In this document: positions 19,161 to 27,609 of the stretch, piece after piece
Position numbering within the stretch: the first letter of the stretch is position 1
Layout of the letters: every line of letters begins with the position of its first letter
DNA from: an uncultured Bacilli bacterium
GTDB lineage: Bacteria; Bacillota_I; Bacilli_A; RF39; UBA660
NCBI GenBank assembly: GCA_963929435.1
Contig: CAWVIV010000014.1
Span: forward strand, 40,349 to 104,348
Direction of reading: 5' to 3'
Length of the DNA stretch: 64,000 nt
The notes under the pieces: model-generated
What the model saw: the letters and a program-made list of their open reading frames with translations, nothing else
Told to the model about the DNA's origin: nothing
Databases searched by the model: none
Program-made: the position numbers and the translations under genes

Positions 19161-19995
19161 CTTTTTCTTGGCTTTGATTTACTTCATCAGTAGAAGTAGA
19201 ACTTTCTTTATCTTCGTTAGATGTTTCATTATCGTTATTAGTGTTATTGTCAGTTTCGTTATTGTTATTTCTTGCAATTGTAATAGTTAATATTTCTGTA
19301 TTTTCTATTTTTTTATTTGCTTTGATACTTTGTTTTATGACTGTATTATCTTTTTCGTCGTTAGTATCTTTATATTCTATTCTGTAAGATACACTGCTTT
19401 TATTTAATGTGCTAGTTGCTTCTTCCAAAGCCATACCTACAACGTTTGGAACAGTAACATGATTATCTAAAATTCCTACTGTTAAAGTAATAACGGCATT
19501 TTCATGAGTCTTAGAACCAGCTTTTTTACTCTGCTTTAGGACAATACCAACTTCATCTTTGTTTGTAGTTTCTTGTTCTTTTCTTTCATAACTAAGGTTT
19601 GCAGTATTAAGTAAAGCCGTTGCTTCTTCATAAGTGTATCCTGTGACATTAGGTACTTCTATATTGTTTTCTAGATAGTAATTATATCCTAGGATGCTTG
19701 CTATTACTAATAATCCTATAGATAAGAGAATGAAGAATAGTAAAAGTATTTTTGTAAAGATACTTGATTTTGGTTTATCACTTGATTGTTTATATCTTGG
19801 TGTCTTTGCTTTTTCCTTCTTTATTTTCGTCTTGTTTTTTGTTTTTGTTTTGTGTTTAACTTTGTCTTTCTTTTTATGTTCTTTTTTATTATTATCTTGG
19901 TTATTACTATTTTCTTCTAAAAAATAATATCCACAGTTTTTACAGAATTTAGCATCTTCATCATTTTCTGTTTTGCAGTTTGGACATATAATCAT
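19147..19995 (-). CDS. Zinc-ribbon / TM / double PASTA-domain protein
   Basis: CPNCKTEN..FCKNCG zinc ribbon, Lys-rich linker, TM helix, and two PASTA-like modules (VPNVTGYTYEEATALL, VPNVVGMALEEATSTL). Confidence 0.75.
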   Translation of the reverse strand: MIICPNCKTENDEDAKFCKNCGYYFLEENSNNQDNNKKEHKKKDKVKHKTKTKNKTKIKKEKAKTPRYKQSSDKPKSSIFTKILLLFFILLSIGLLVIASILGYNYYLENNIEVPNVTGYTYEEATALLNTANLSYERKEQETTNKDEVGIVLKQSKKAGSKTHENAVITLTVGILDNHVTVPNVVGMALEEATSTLNKSSVSYRIEYKDTNDEKDNTVIKQSIKANKKIENTEILTITIARNNNNETDNNTNNDNETSNEDKESSTSTDEVNQSQEKDLQN

Positions 19996-20074
19996 TGTAT
20001 CACCTCGTTAATATTATACATCTATAATGTATTTCTTTCAAATGTGATATAATTAGTATTAGGAGATGATTTTT

Positions 20075-20698
20075 TTGAAAGTATTAATTTTAAATGGTAG
20101 CCCTAGAGTTAATGGATGTACGGCAAGAGCCTTAGAAGAAGTTAGTAAGACTCTTAATGAAGAAGGAATTGAAACAGAAACTATTGTAGTTGGTAATAAA
20201 GATGTTAGAGGTTGTATAGCATGTAACTCTTGTGCTAAAACAGGTAAATGTGTTTTTAATGATATAGTAAATGATATTGCAGTAAAGTTTGAAAAGTCTG
20301 ATGGTATTATTATCGGTAGTCCTGTTTACTATGCAGGTAGTAATGGGACAATTATATCTTTATTAGATAGATTATTTTATAGTACACATTTTGATAAGAC
20401 TATGAAAGTAGGGGCTGCTGTTTTATCATCTAGAAGAGCAGGTTCTACTTCGGCAATGGATGAGATTAATAAATACTTTACTATTTGTAGTATGCCTATT
20501 GTTTCTAGTAGTTATTGGAATGAAGTGCATGGGTTTACTGCAAGTGATGTGGAAAAAGATAAAGAAGGGTTACAGACTATGAGAAATTTAGGTAGGAATA
20601 TGGCTTTTATGATTAAAGCGATTAAATTAGGTAAAGAAAAATATGGACTACCTAAAATAGAAAAAGGTGAGTTTACTAGCTTTAGTGATGGACTATAG
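20075..20698 (+). CDS. Flavodoxin-like fold NAD(P)H-dependent FMN reductase / iron-sulfur flavoprotein
   Basis: LILNGSPR, Cys cluster CIACNSCAKTGKC, and GSPVYY. TTG 20075 is preferred (9 nt after AGGAG), because ATG 20066 is only 1 nt from the RBS. Confidence 0.75.
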   Translation: MKVLILNGSPRVNGCTARALEEVSKTLNEEGIETETIVVGNKDVRGCIACNSCAKTGKCVFNDIVNDIAVKFEKSDGIIIGSPVYYAGSNGTIISLLDRLFYSTHFDKTMKVGAAVLSSRRAGSTSAMDEINKYFTICSMPIVSSSYWNEVHGFTASDVEKDKEGLQTMRNLGRNMAFMIKAIKLGKEKYGLPKIEKGEFTSFSDGL

Positions 20699-20706
20699 AG
20701 CTTTAT

Positions 20707-20735
20707 TTGACAATGATTTATCTGTATGATATTAT
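20707..20735 (+). promoter_or_regulatory. Promoter of leader peptide / ABC exporter operon
   Basis: TTGACA, 17 nt, TATTAT, with a TGa extended -10. Confidence 0.55.
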
Positions 20736-20764
20736 TATGTCACTTGAAAGGAAGAGTGATTAGG

Positions 20765-20848
20765 ATGAGACTTTTAGTTACTTGTGTAAATAAAACTATT
20801 TATGACATATTTTACAGTGGTAGTTTAAAAGAAGTCTTATCCTTTTAA
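20765..20848 (+). CDS. 27-codon leader peptide (MRLLVTCVNKTIYDIFYSGSLKEVLSF)
   Basis: An RBS-like GGAAGAGTGATTAGG lies upstream. The ORF 3' part (20813-20821) can pair with the 5' arm of the downstream terminator. Confidence 0.45.
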   Translation: MRLLVTCVNKTIYDIFYSGSLKEVLSF

Positions 20849-20863
20849 TGTAATATTTATGAG

Positions 20864-20887
20864 AACTACTGTAAAGTAGTTTTTTTT
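20864..20887 (+). terminator. Attenuator terminator upstream of ABC exporter
   Basis: AACTACT-gtaa-AGTAGTT (7-bp stem, GNRA loop) followed by a T7 run, ending 12 nt before the exporter start. Confidence 0.6.
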
Positions 20888-20898
20888 GTTGGAGGTGG

Positions 20899-22635
20899 AT
20901 GCTTTTGAAAAAGTTTAAACATTTTAAAATATTTTGGTACTATATTAAAGATGATAAATTAAGACTAGCTCTTTATATTATCTTAGTAGTATTATCTTAT
21001 TTACCTGCTTTAATATCTGTATATTTTTGGGGTGTTGCAGTGGAAGCTTTAACTGCTAAAGATATAAATTCATTTATCTTTTATCTTGCAATGTATGAGG
21101 GTATTTACATTATCTTCTACACTTTTTTACAGATACCAAGAGATGCTTTATATACATATTTTGAGATTAAGTTTACAAAAAATGTAAGTAAAGATCTATA
21201 TAAAAAGATAGATAAGTTACCTGCAATTGCCTTTGAAGAGATTGGTGTAGGTGAGTTTATTAACCGTTTATATACTGATCCTGATAGAGTAATGGAGTTG
21301 CTTTCTAAGATGGTTAGACTTATTTGTAAAGCAGTTGTTGTAATTATAGTTATTGTTATTGCGATTAGAATATCTTTTGTATTGTTCTTAGAAATCATGT
21401 TACTTGCAATTATTATGGGATTTATTTCGATGAAGTTCTTTCCTAGAATTAAGAAGAGTCAAGAGAACATTAAAAAAGAAAGTGATTCTTATGTAAAAGT
21501 TGCAACAGAAAATATTACAGGAATTAGAGAGATTAAGTCACTTGGTATTACTAGGATAATAGAGAGTAATATATTTAAAGTTATCGATAAGCTTTATAGT
21601 CATACGGCTAAGGTTAGAAAGTATGAGAGATGGTATTATGGGTTTAATAATCTTGCTTATTTCTTAATTCAGTTTTTAATTCTCTTTACGACTGGTAAGT
21701 GTTATTTGGATGGGGTTATTAGTTTAAGTGTGTTTTTAATGATGGAGTCTTATATCTGGAGAATTGATGAAGTAGTTGAGAGTATTAGTGACTTTGGGGT
21801 TAGTTTTAATAAAGTAACTGTATCTTTAAAAAGAATAGGAGAACTATTAAATAATGATTTATATAAAGATGAAGTATATGGAGAGAAAATACTTGATAAT
21901 ACTAAAGGGGTTATTAAATTTAATAATGTTAAGTTTAAATATAAAGAAGATGAAGATTATACTTTAAATGGTCTTGATTTAGAGATTGTCCCTAACAAGA
22001 AGATTGCTATTGTAGGACGTAGTGGTAATGGTAAGAGTACAATATTTAACTTGTTACTTAGATATTTTGATGCTAGCAAAGGTAGTATTACTATAGATGG
22101 TATTAATATTAAAGATTTAACAGAAGAGTCTTTGAGAGGTAATATTTCGATTATTAGACAGAGCCCATTTTTATTTAATTTATCAATACTTGATAATTTT
22201 AGATTAGTTAAGGAAGATGTTAGTTTAGAGGAAGTGCGAAAGTACTGTAAAAGGGCTTATATAGATGATTATATTATGAGTCTTCCTAAAGGATATGATA
22301 CTATTATTGGTGAAGGTGGTATTAACTTATCAGGGGGACAAAAACAAAGACTTGCAATTGCTAGAACACTTCTTTTAAATACAAAGATAATCCTTTTTGA
22401 TGAGGCGACTAGTGCACTTGACAATGAGTCTCAAGAGTATATTAAGAGAACTATTGATGACTTAGTTAAAGACCATACAGTTATTATAGTTGCCCATAGA
22501 TTATCTACTATTGTTGATGCTGATACTATTCATGTAATAGAGAAAGGTAAATTAGTTGGTAGTGGTACTCATAAAGAGTTGTTAAAGGAGTGTAAACAAT
22601 ATCAACATTTATATACTGCGGAAAGTGAAAATTAA
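20899..22635 (+). CDS. ABC transporter, fused permease/ATP-binding (type I exporter, MsbA/LmrA-like)
   Basis: Six TM helices, Walker A GRSGNGKST, signature LSGGQKQR, Walker B ILFDEATSALD. The start could instead be TTG 20905. Confidence 0.9.
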   Translation: MLLKKFKHFKIFWYYIKDDKLRLALYIILVVLSYLPALISVYFWGVAVEALTAKDINSFIFYLAMYEGIYIIFYTFLQIPRDALYTYFEIKFTKNVSKDLYKKIDKLPAIAFEEIGVGEFINRLYTDPDRVMELLSKMVRLICKAVVVIIVIVIAIRISFVLFLEIMLLAIIMGFISMKFFPRIKKSQENIKKESDSYVKVATENITGIREIKSLGITRIIESNIFKVIDKLYSHTAKVRKYERWYYGFNNLAYFLIQFLILFTTGKCYLDGVISLSVFLMMESYIWRIDEVVESISDFGVSFNKVTVSLKRIGELLNNDLYKDEVYGEKILDNTKGVIKFNNVKFKYKEDEDYTLNGLDLEIVPNKKIAIVGRSGNGKSTIFNLLLRYFDASKGSITIDGINIKDLTEESLRGNISIIRQSPFLFNLSILDNFRLVKEDVSLEEVRKYCKRAYIDDYIMSLPKGYDTIIGEGGINLSGGQKQRLAIARTLLLNTKIILFDEATSALDNESQEYIKRTIDDLVKDHTVIIVAHRLSTIVDADTIHVIEKGKLVGSGTHKELLKECKQYQHLYTAESEN

Positions 22636-22642
22636 AAAGAGG

Positions 22643-23728
22643 TTAGCTAGCCTCTTTTACTGTTTCTAAAAATAATCTTTTTTGAAATCCTCCATTTGTT
22701 TCTTTCTTCTTATCTGCTTGTTTTATTACATCATCTAATGTAAAACCATGATATTCTGCCATGGCTCTAATGAGTTCTATTTTATCTCCTAGTTCTTTTA
22801 ATACCTCTTTTTTACTTTCAGATTCTTTTACTTCCTCTAATTCTTCATTATCTTTTCTTAATAGAGCATCCCAGTATTCATTATCATTTAAAGTGTGATA
22901 TATAGGTTCTTCACCATTTGCTTTAATAATATCTGGAATATTATCACGAACTAATTTGTGATATTTATCTGTATTATATTTTCTATTATATTTAAGAGCT
23001 TCTTTAGGGAAATCTTTATCAAAGTCAAGTAATGTACCATTAACTTTTTGATTATGCATTTCGATAGCGAATGATTTTATAGTGTTAACAATAGTATCTG
23101 CTTCATTTCTTGTAATATTATATTTTTTACATTCTTCATCTGTGATATTCACGGCTTTTAGGTGGAACTCGAAAAAAATATCCGCTAAGTCTTTTCCTTC
23201 ATTTATTTTTTCTACTACAAAAGGATGATATCTTAAATCTTTAATAATTCTAGAATCATTCATATTAACATTTTGTTCACTTTGGTATTTGATAAAAGTA
23301 GTAGAAGAGTGTACTTTATCTATCATATTAACTATTTTAGATTCTAAATCAACTCTATTATCATAATTATTCAAAATATTATTAAAATCAATAATTTCAT
23401 TAAATTTATTTATTAGATAGTTCTTGGTAATAGTTGTTACTCTTTCTCTTTCTTCTTTAGGTACTCCTTCAAATTTTGTTATGTCTCCTGTAATTGCTTC
23501 AGGTAAATCGTGGCATAGTATGTAGTCAAATATTTTGTTTCTATCTATATTTTTAGGAAAGTTTTTTTCTAATATTCTAAATATTATCATTAAATCTAAA
23601 GTGTGATTTTTAACATCTTCTATTCTTTTTCTATCAATATACCAAAGATTTGGTCCTGTTCTTTCGGTATCTCCTAATACATCAAAAATCATAAAAAGTT
23701 TTATGGCTTTATTAAAGTTATATTTCAT
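22643..23728 (-). CDS. Fusion of HD-domain (YfbR-like 5'-nucleotidase) and MazG-like NTP pyrophosphohydrolase
   Basis: N-terminal half: H..L (KNHTLDLM) and HDLPEAITGD. C-terminal about 110 aa: KLVRDNIPDII...ELGDKIELIRAMAEYHGFTLDDV...NGGFQKRLFLE, typical of the small KLVRD-type MazG family. Confidence 0.7.
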   Translation of the reverse strand: MKYNFNKAIKLFMIFDVLGDTERTGPNLWYIDRKRIEDVKNHTLDLMIIFRILEKNFPKNIDRNKIFDYILCHDLPEAITGDITKFEGVPKEERERVTTITKNYLINKFNEIIDFNNILNNYDNRVDLESKIVNMIDKVHSSTTFIKYQSEQNVNMNDSRIIKDLRYHPFVVEKINEGKDLADIFFEFHLKAVNITDEECKKYNITRNEADTIVNTIKSFAIEMHNQKVNGTLLDFDKDFPKEALKYNRKYNTDKYHKLVRDNIPDIIKANGEEPIYHTLNDNEYWDALLRKDNEELEEVKESESKKEVLKELGDKIELIRAMAEYHGFTLDDVIKQADKKKETNGGFQKRLFLETVKEAS

Positions 23729-23789
23729 TTTTTCCTCCTTAAAATCTAGTTATTATTATATAGTAAGTTATTAAAAAAAGTAATACTTT

Positions 23790-24127
23790 TATAGTTTATT
23801 ATGTAATTTTAATATTTCTATTAGAATTTTGTTAAGATATGTGGCAAGGGATTCATCATCATTACCTATTTCTTTAGGTTTATTTTTAAGGCTTCTTCCA
23901 TTGATGTGGTATAACTAATTCTATTTTCTATTTCTTCATCTGTTACAACATTGTTTTTCTTTAAGTTAAGTAGACTTTAATGAATTCGTATTTTTACTAG
24001 ATTTAAAGCATCATCAGTTATATTATAGACATTTACTGGTAGTTTCTTTAGTGAATAATATAAAGCCTAGTTATAACCAATTACACCGCTCCAACACAGG
24101 CAACTTTTTTTATATTTTTCGTTTCCA
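23790..24127 (-). pseudogene. Remnant of an NAD-binding 3-hydroxyacyl-CoA dehydrogenase-like gene
   Basis: The minus strand from 24127 reads METKNIKKVACVGAV*. A frameshift gives GVIGYN.., and later ..VVTDEEIENRISYTTSMEEAL. Several stops and frameshifts are present. Confidence 0.4.
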
Positions 24128-24327
24128 TATTTTACCTCTACCTTAATTGTAGTTTTTAGATAGGTAAATGCAAGTTAGTTGACATTATTTTGTATTGAGT
24201 TGTTGTAAAAAAATCAATTATCTTTTTGTTTTGCTAATTTGAAAAAGTGTTTTGACTATGATATAATTTTTTCGTTGGAAATAAATTGACGTATAAAAGT
24301 TAAGAAAATCAGGGAGGATGAAAATAA

Positions 24328-24975
24328 ATGGATTTAATTTCTTTGTTACAAAATCGGCAAGAACTATTATCTTTTGAACCTTTGGTGTCATATTTACAAG
24401 AAATAGAAGGACTTAATGCAGACGTTATTTTTCAAAATAAGAAATATTGTTATTTAAAAGATGATGAGCATTATTATAAGATTAAATATCGTTTATCAGA
24501 TGGACCTTTGTGTAATGATATTGTTGAAATAGGTATTACTGATATAAACTTCTTCGCAGTAAGACATACTACTTTTTTCATTACGAATCCTGATAATAAT
24601 CTTGATATTCCTAATATGCCTGAAAAATGTATAGATGATGAATTCTTAGTTTGTGATGATAGTTCTTGTAATGCTATAAGAAGATTATATTCTTATGAAA
24701 ATAATAATATAGAAGTATTATCTGGTAAATTAATGGAATTATCACTTTCAGAAATGCAGGAGATTTTTGAGCCTGATAACTTTTTGGATAGAGATGGATT
24801 ATTAGTATTAAACGATGCTAAAAAGAGTGGTGATAAGGTAACAGAACTTCGAATTATGATTGATACGGGTGCTAGTGGGAATGCATTTTCTCGTTTAGCA
24901 TTTGGACCATTAAGACATCGTTTTGTTCCTGAAACTTCAGAGGATAAAACATTTACGTATACGTTAAAAAAGTAA
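24328..24975 (+). CDS. Hypothetical protein (215 aa)
   Basis: GGGAGGATG RBS. TTGAAA-17-TATAAT promoter about 60 nt upstream. No recognisable motif. Confidence 0.55.
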   Translation: MDLISLLQNRQELLSFEPLVSYLQEIEGLNADVIFQNKKYCYLKDDEHYYKIKYRLSDGPLCNDIVEIGITDINFFAVRHTTFFITNPDNNLDIPNMPEKCIDDEFLVCDDSSCNAIRRLYSYENNNIEVLSGKLMELSLSEMQEIFEPDNFLDRDGLLVLNDAKKSGDKVTELRIMIDTGASGNAFSRLAFGPLRHRFVPETSEDKTFTYTLKK

Positions 24976-24994
24976 GTTAGAGTCTGTAAATAAA

Positions 24995-25028
24995 AAAACT
25001 TTCAATTATGTAAAGAAAGTTTTTATTT
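24995..25028. terminator. Bidirectional terminator
   Basis: AAAACTTTC-aattatgtaaa-GAAAGTTTT with an A-run before and a T-run after. Confidence 0.6.
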
Positions 25029-25130
25029 GCATTTTTTTACTTCTTTTTCCTCATAAGTTTCTAATGTTTTTAAAAGAAGCATTCTATATATTTCTAATTT
25101 TTCTTTTTTGCCTAGTAAAGACTCATGATA

Positions 25131-25328
25131 TTAATCTAATGTAAGTAAAGTTTCAATATCTAAATCTAATCCTTTACTTAGCTTATTTAATATATCATTA
25201 GATGGCGTTTTCTTTCCTTTTTCTATTTCAGTAATGTATGACTTTGATACTTGTGATTTTTTAGATAAGTCGTTGATAGTCATATCATTTTTGGCTCTTC
25301 TAGTAACTCTTATTACTTCTCCTATCAT
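25131..25328 (-). CDS. Small XRE-family HTH protein (65 aa)
   Basis: MTINDLSKKSQVSKSYITEIEKGKKTP helix-turn-helix. The in-frame TAA is followed by 35 more open codons (see findings). Confidence 0.7.
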   Translation of the reverse strand: MIGEVIRVTRRAKNDMTINDLSKKSQVSKSYITEIEKGKKTPSNDILNKLSKGLDLDIETLLTLD

Positions 25329-25382
25329 TTTTTCCCCCTTTAAAATTATAAAAACTCCTAAACGGAGTTTATGAACATATTA

Positions 25383-25456
25383 TGGCAGGGGCGGAGAGAA
25401 TCGAACTCCCATCAAAAGTTTTGGAGACTCCTATGCTACCATTATACCACGCCCCT
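25383..25456 (-). tRNA. trnW: tRNA-Trp (anticodon CCA)
   Basis: The reverse complement reads AGGGGCG-TG-GTAT..-GGAGT-CTCCAAA-ACTTT-..-GGGAG-TTCGATT-CTCTC-CGCCCCT-G-CCA. It has a 7-bp acceptor stem, a T-loop TTCGATT, an anticodon loop CU-CCA-AA and an encoded CCA. Very similar to B. subtilis tRNA-Trp. Confidence 0.9.
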
Positions 25457-25481
25457 ATGGGTTCTTTTTTAGAACACATTA

Positions 25482-25567
25482 ATTATAGCATAGTTTACTA
25501 TGATTTGACAATATATTTTCAATTTGAGTTTCGGTTTTTTATGAAAAATTTAAATTACTTAAATCTC
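25482..25567. repeat. 86-bp direct repeat, copy 1 (target duplication of IS1634-family element; contains the tRNA-Trp promoter)
   Basis: Identical by eye to 27524-27609. On the minus strand it contains TTGTCA-18-TATAAT about 20 nt upstream of the tRNA. Confidence 0.85.
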
Positions 25568-27523
25568 CCTAGTTTGACAGTTTTGATATAAAAATCCTTG
25601 CAACCCTAGATAAAATCTAGTTTTTTTATATTTTAGTACTTGCGTATGTATTCGTATGTATGATAAAATAGTAATAGTAAGGTGGGATTTAGATGAGACT
25701 AAACATTAGAAAGATAAATAATTATTCCTATTATTCTATTATTCAAGACTATACAAATTTAAAAGGAAAACGAACTACTAGAATATTTGAAAAATTAGGA
25801 AATCAACAACAAGTTGAAGAAAGATTTGGTAAAACAGATACAATTAATGAAATAAAAAAATATATTTCTAAACTTAATAATATTGATAAAGAAGAGATAA
25901 TAAAAAAAGAGTTTAATCCTAATAAAAAAATATTACCTGGCATAAAAAGAGAATTTAATGTTGGATATCTATTTTTAGAAAAAATATATAATGAATTAAA
26001 TATTAAAAATATATGTGAGAATATAAAAAGTAAATATCAATTTCATTTTGACTTAAACGAAATATTGTCTTATTTAGTCTATGCTAGAATTATTTATCCA
26101 TCATCTAAATTGGAAACCTTTAAACAATGTCAAAACTTTATTGAACAGCCTAACTTTAAACTTCATGATGAATATAGAGCCTTAAGTTATATTGCCGATA
26201 ACATGGACTATATCCAAGAGAATTTATTTAACAATAGTAAAAAAGTAATAGATCGAAATTCTAGAGTTATATATTATGATTGTACTAATTATTTTTTTGA
26301 AATTGATGATGAAGATGACATTAGAAAATATGGTATTAACAAACAACATCAACCAAAACCTCAAGTTGGCATGGGATTATTCATGGATGGTGATGGTCTA
26401 CCTTTATCTTGTAATATATATCCTGGAAATATGAATGAACAAAAGACTTTAATTCCAGAAGAAAACAAAATTGTTAATAACTTTAAGTTAGATAATACTA
26501 AAATTATTTTATGTACTGATGCAGGTCTTGCATCTGATGAAATAAAAAGTTTTAATATTAAGAATGGACGTGGTTTTGTTATTACCCAATCCTTAAAAAA
26601 ACTAAAAGAAAGTTATAAAGAAAAAATATTTGATAAAAATGGATGGAGAATGCCAAATGATTTAAGAAATGTTTATAACTTAGAAACTATAGAAAACGAT
26701 GAAGTATTAAGAGAAAAATATTATGAAACTTTATTTTATAAAATTATAGAAACTGAAACTAAGTCTGTTAAACAAGATTTAATAGTTACTTTCTGTTTTA
26801 AATACTTTGACTATAACAGAAGTATTAGAAATAATCAAATAGAAAGAGCGAAAAAAAGTATTGAAACTAATCAAGTTACTAGGAAAGGTAAAAATCAAAA
26901 TGATTATAGAAGATTTATTAATTCTTTAAACTCTACTGATAATGGTGAAGTTGCAGAAAATATAACCTATTCTATTAATCAAGATGTTATAGATGAAGAA
27001 GAAAAATATGATGGTTATTATGCACTTACAACAAACCTAATTGGTGATATTAATGAAATACTTAAAATAGTTAAAGGTAGATGGGAAATTGAAGAATCTT
27101 TTAGAATTATGAAAAGTGACTTTCTTGCAAGACCTGTTAATCTATCTAGAGAAGATCGAATAAAAGCACACTTTATGACTTGCTTCATATCACTATTTAT
27201 TTACAGACTATTAGAAAAGAAACTTAACTACAAATATACTACATCACAAATTTTAGAAACTTTAAGAAATATGAATATGGTTGAACATAAAGGCTGCGGC
27301 TATGAACCAGTTTATGAGAGAACTATAATAACTGATGATTTACACAACACATTTAAATTTAATACCGATTTTGAAATATTAAGTTATAAAAAAATCAAAA
27401 AAATTTTAAATAACAAATAATAAGCATCAACGTACGCATTTTTTTGCAACAAAAAAATCTCTCTAAATCCTTATAAAATAAGGGTTGGAGAGATTTTGAC
27501 TTTATAAAACTGTCAAAGTCAGG
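25568..27523 (+). mobile_element. IS1634-family insertion sequence (1956 bp)
   Basis: Terminal inverted repeats are CCTAGTTTGACAGTTTT.. (left) and ..AAAACTGTCAAAGTCAGG (right). It has a single transposase ORF and is flanked by an 86-bp direct duplication. Confidence 0.8.
25693..27420 (+). CDS. IS1634-family DDE transposase
   Basis: 575 aa. DDE candidates are YYDCTNYFFE, LCTDAGLAS and GRWEIEESFRIMKSDF. Confidence 0.8.
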   Translation: MRLNIRKINNYSYYSIIQDYTNLKGKRTTRIFEKLGNQQQVEERFGKTDTINEIKKYISKLNNIDKEEIIKKEFNPNKKILPGIKREFNVGYLFLEKIYNELNIKNICENIKSKYQFHFDLNEILSYLVYARIIYPSSKLETFKQCQNFIEQPNFKLHDEYRALSYIADNMDYIQENLFNNSKKVIDRNSRVIYYDCTNYFFEIDDEDDIRKYGINKQHQPKPQVGMGLFMDGDGLPLSCNIYPGNMNEQKTLIPEENKIVNNFKLDNTKIILCTDAGLASDEIKSFNIKNGRGFVITQSLKKLKESYKEKIFDKNGWRMPNDLRNVYNLETIENDEVLREKYYETLFYKIIETETKSVKQDLIVTFCFKYFDYNRSIRNNQIERAKKSIETNQVTRKGKNQNDYRRFINSLNSTDNGEVAENITYSINQDVIDEEEKYDGYYALTTNLIGDINEILKIVKGRWEIEESFRIMKSDFLARPVNLSREDRIKAHFMTCFISLFIYRLLEKKLNYKYTTSQILETLRNMNMVEHKGCGYEPVYERTIITDDLHNTFKFNTDFEILSYKKIKKILNNK

Positions 27524-27609
27524 ATTATAGCATAGTTTACTATGATTTGACAATATATTTTCAATTTGAGTTTCGGTTTTTTATGAAAAATTTAAATTAC
27601 TTAAATCTC
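27524..27609. repeat. 86-bp direct repeat, copy 2
   Basis: Identical by eye to 25482-25567. Confidence 0.85.

Noticed and set aside
25382-25591. Plus-strand 69-aa ORF overlapping tRNA-Trp and the IS1634 end
   Set aside because: It is the antisense of a well-folded tRNA and crosses an IS boundary, so it is spurious.
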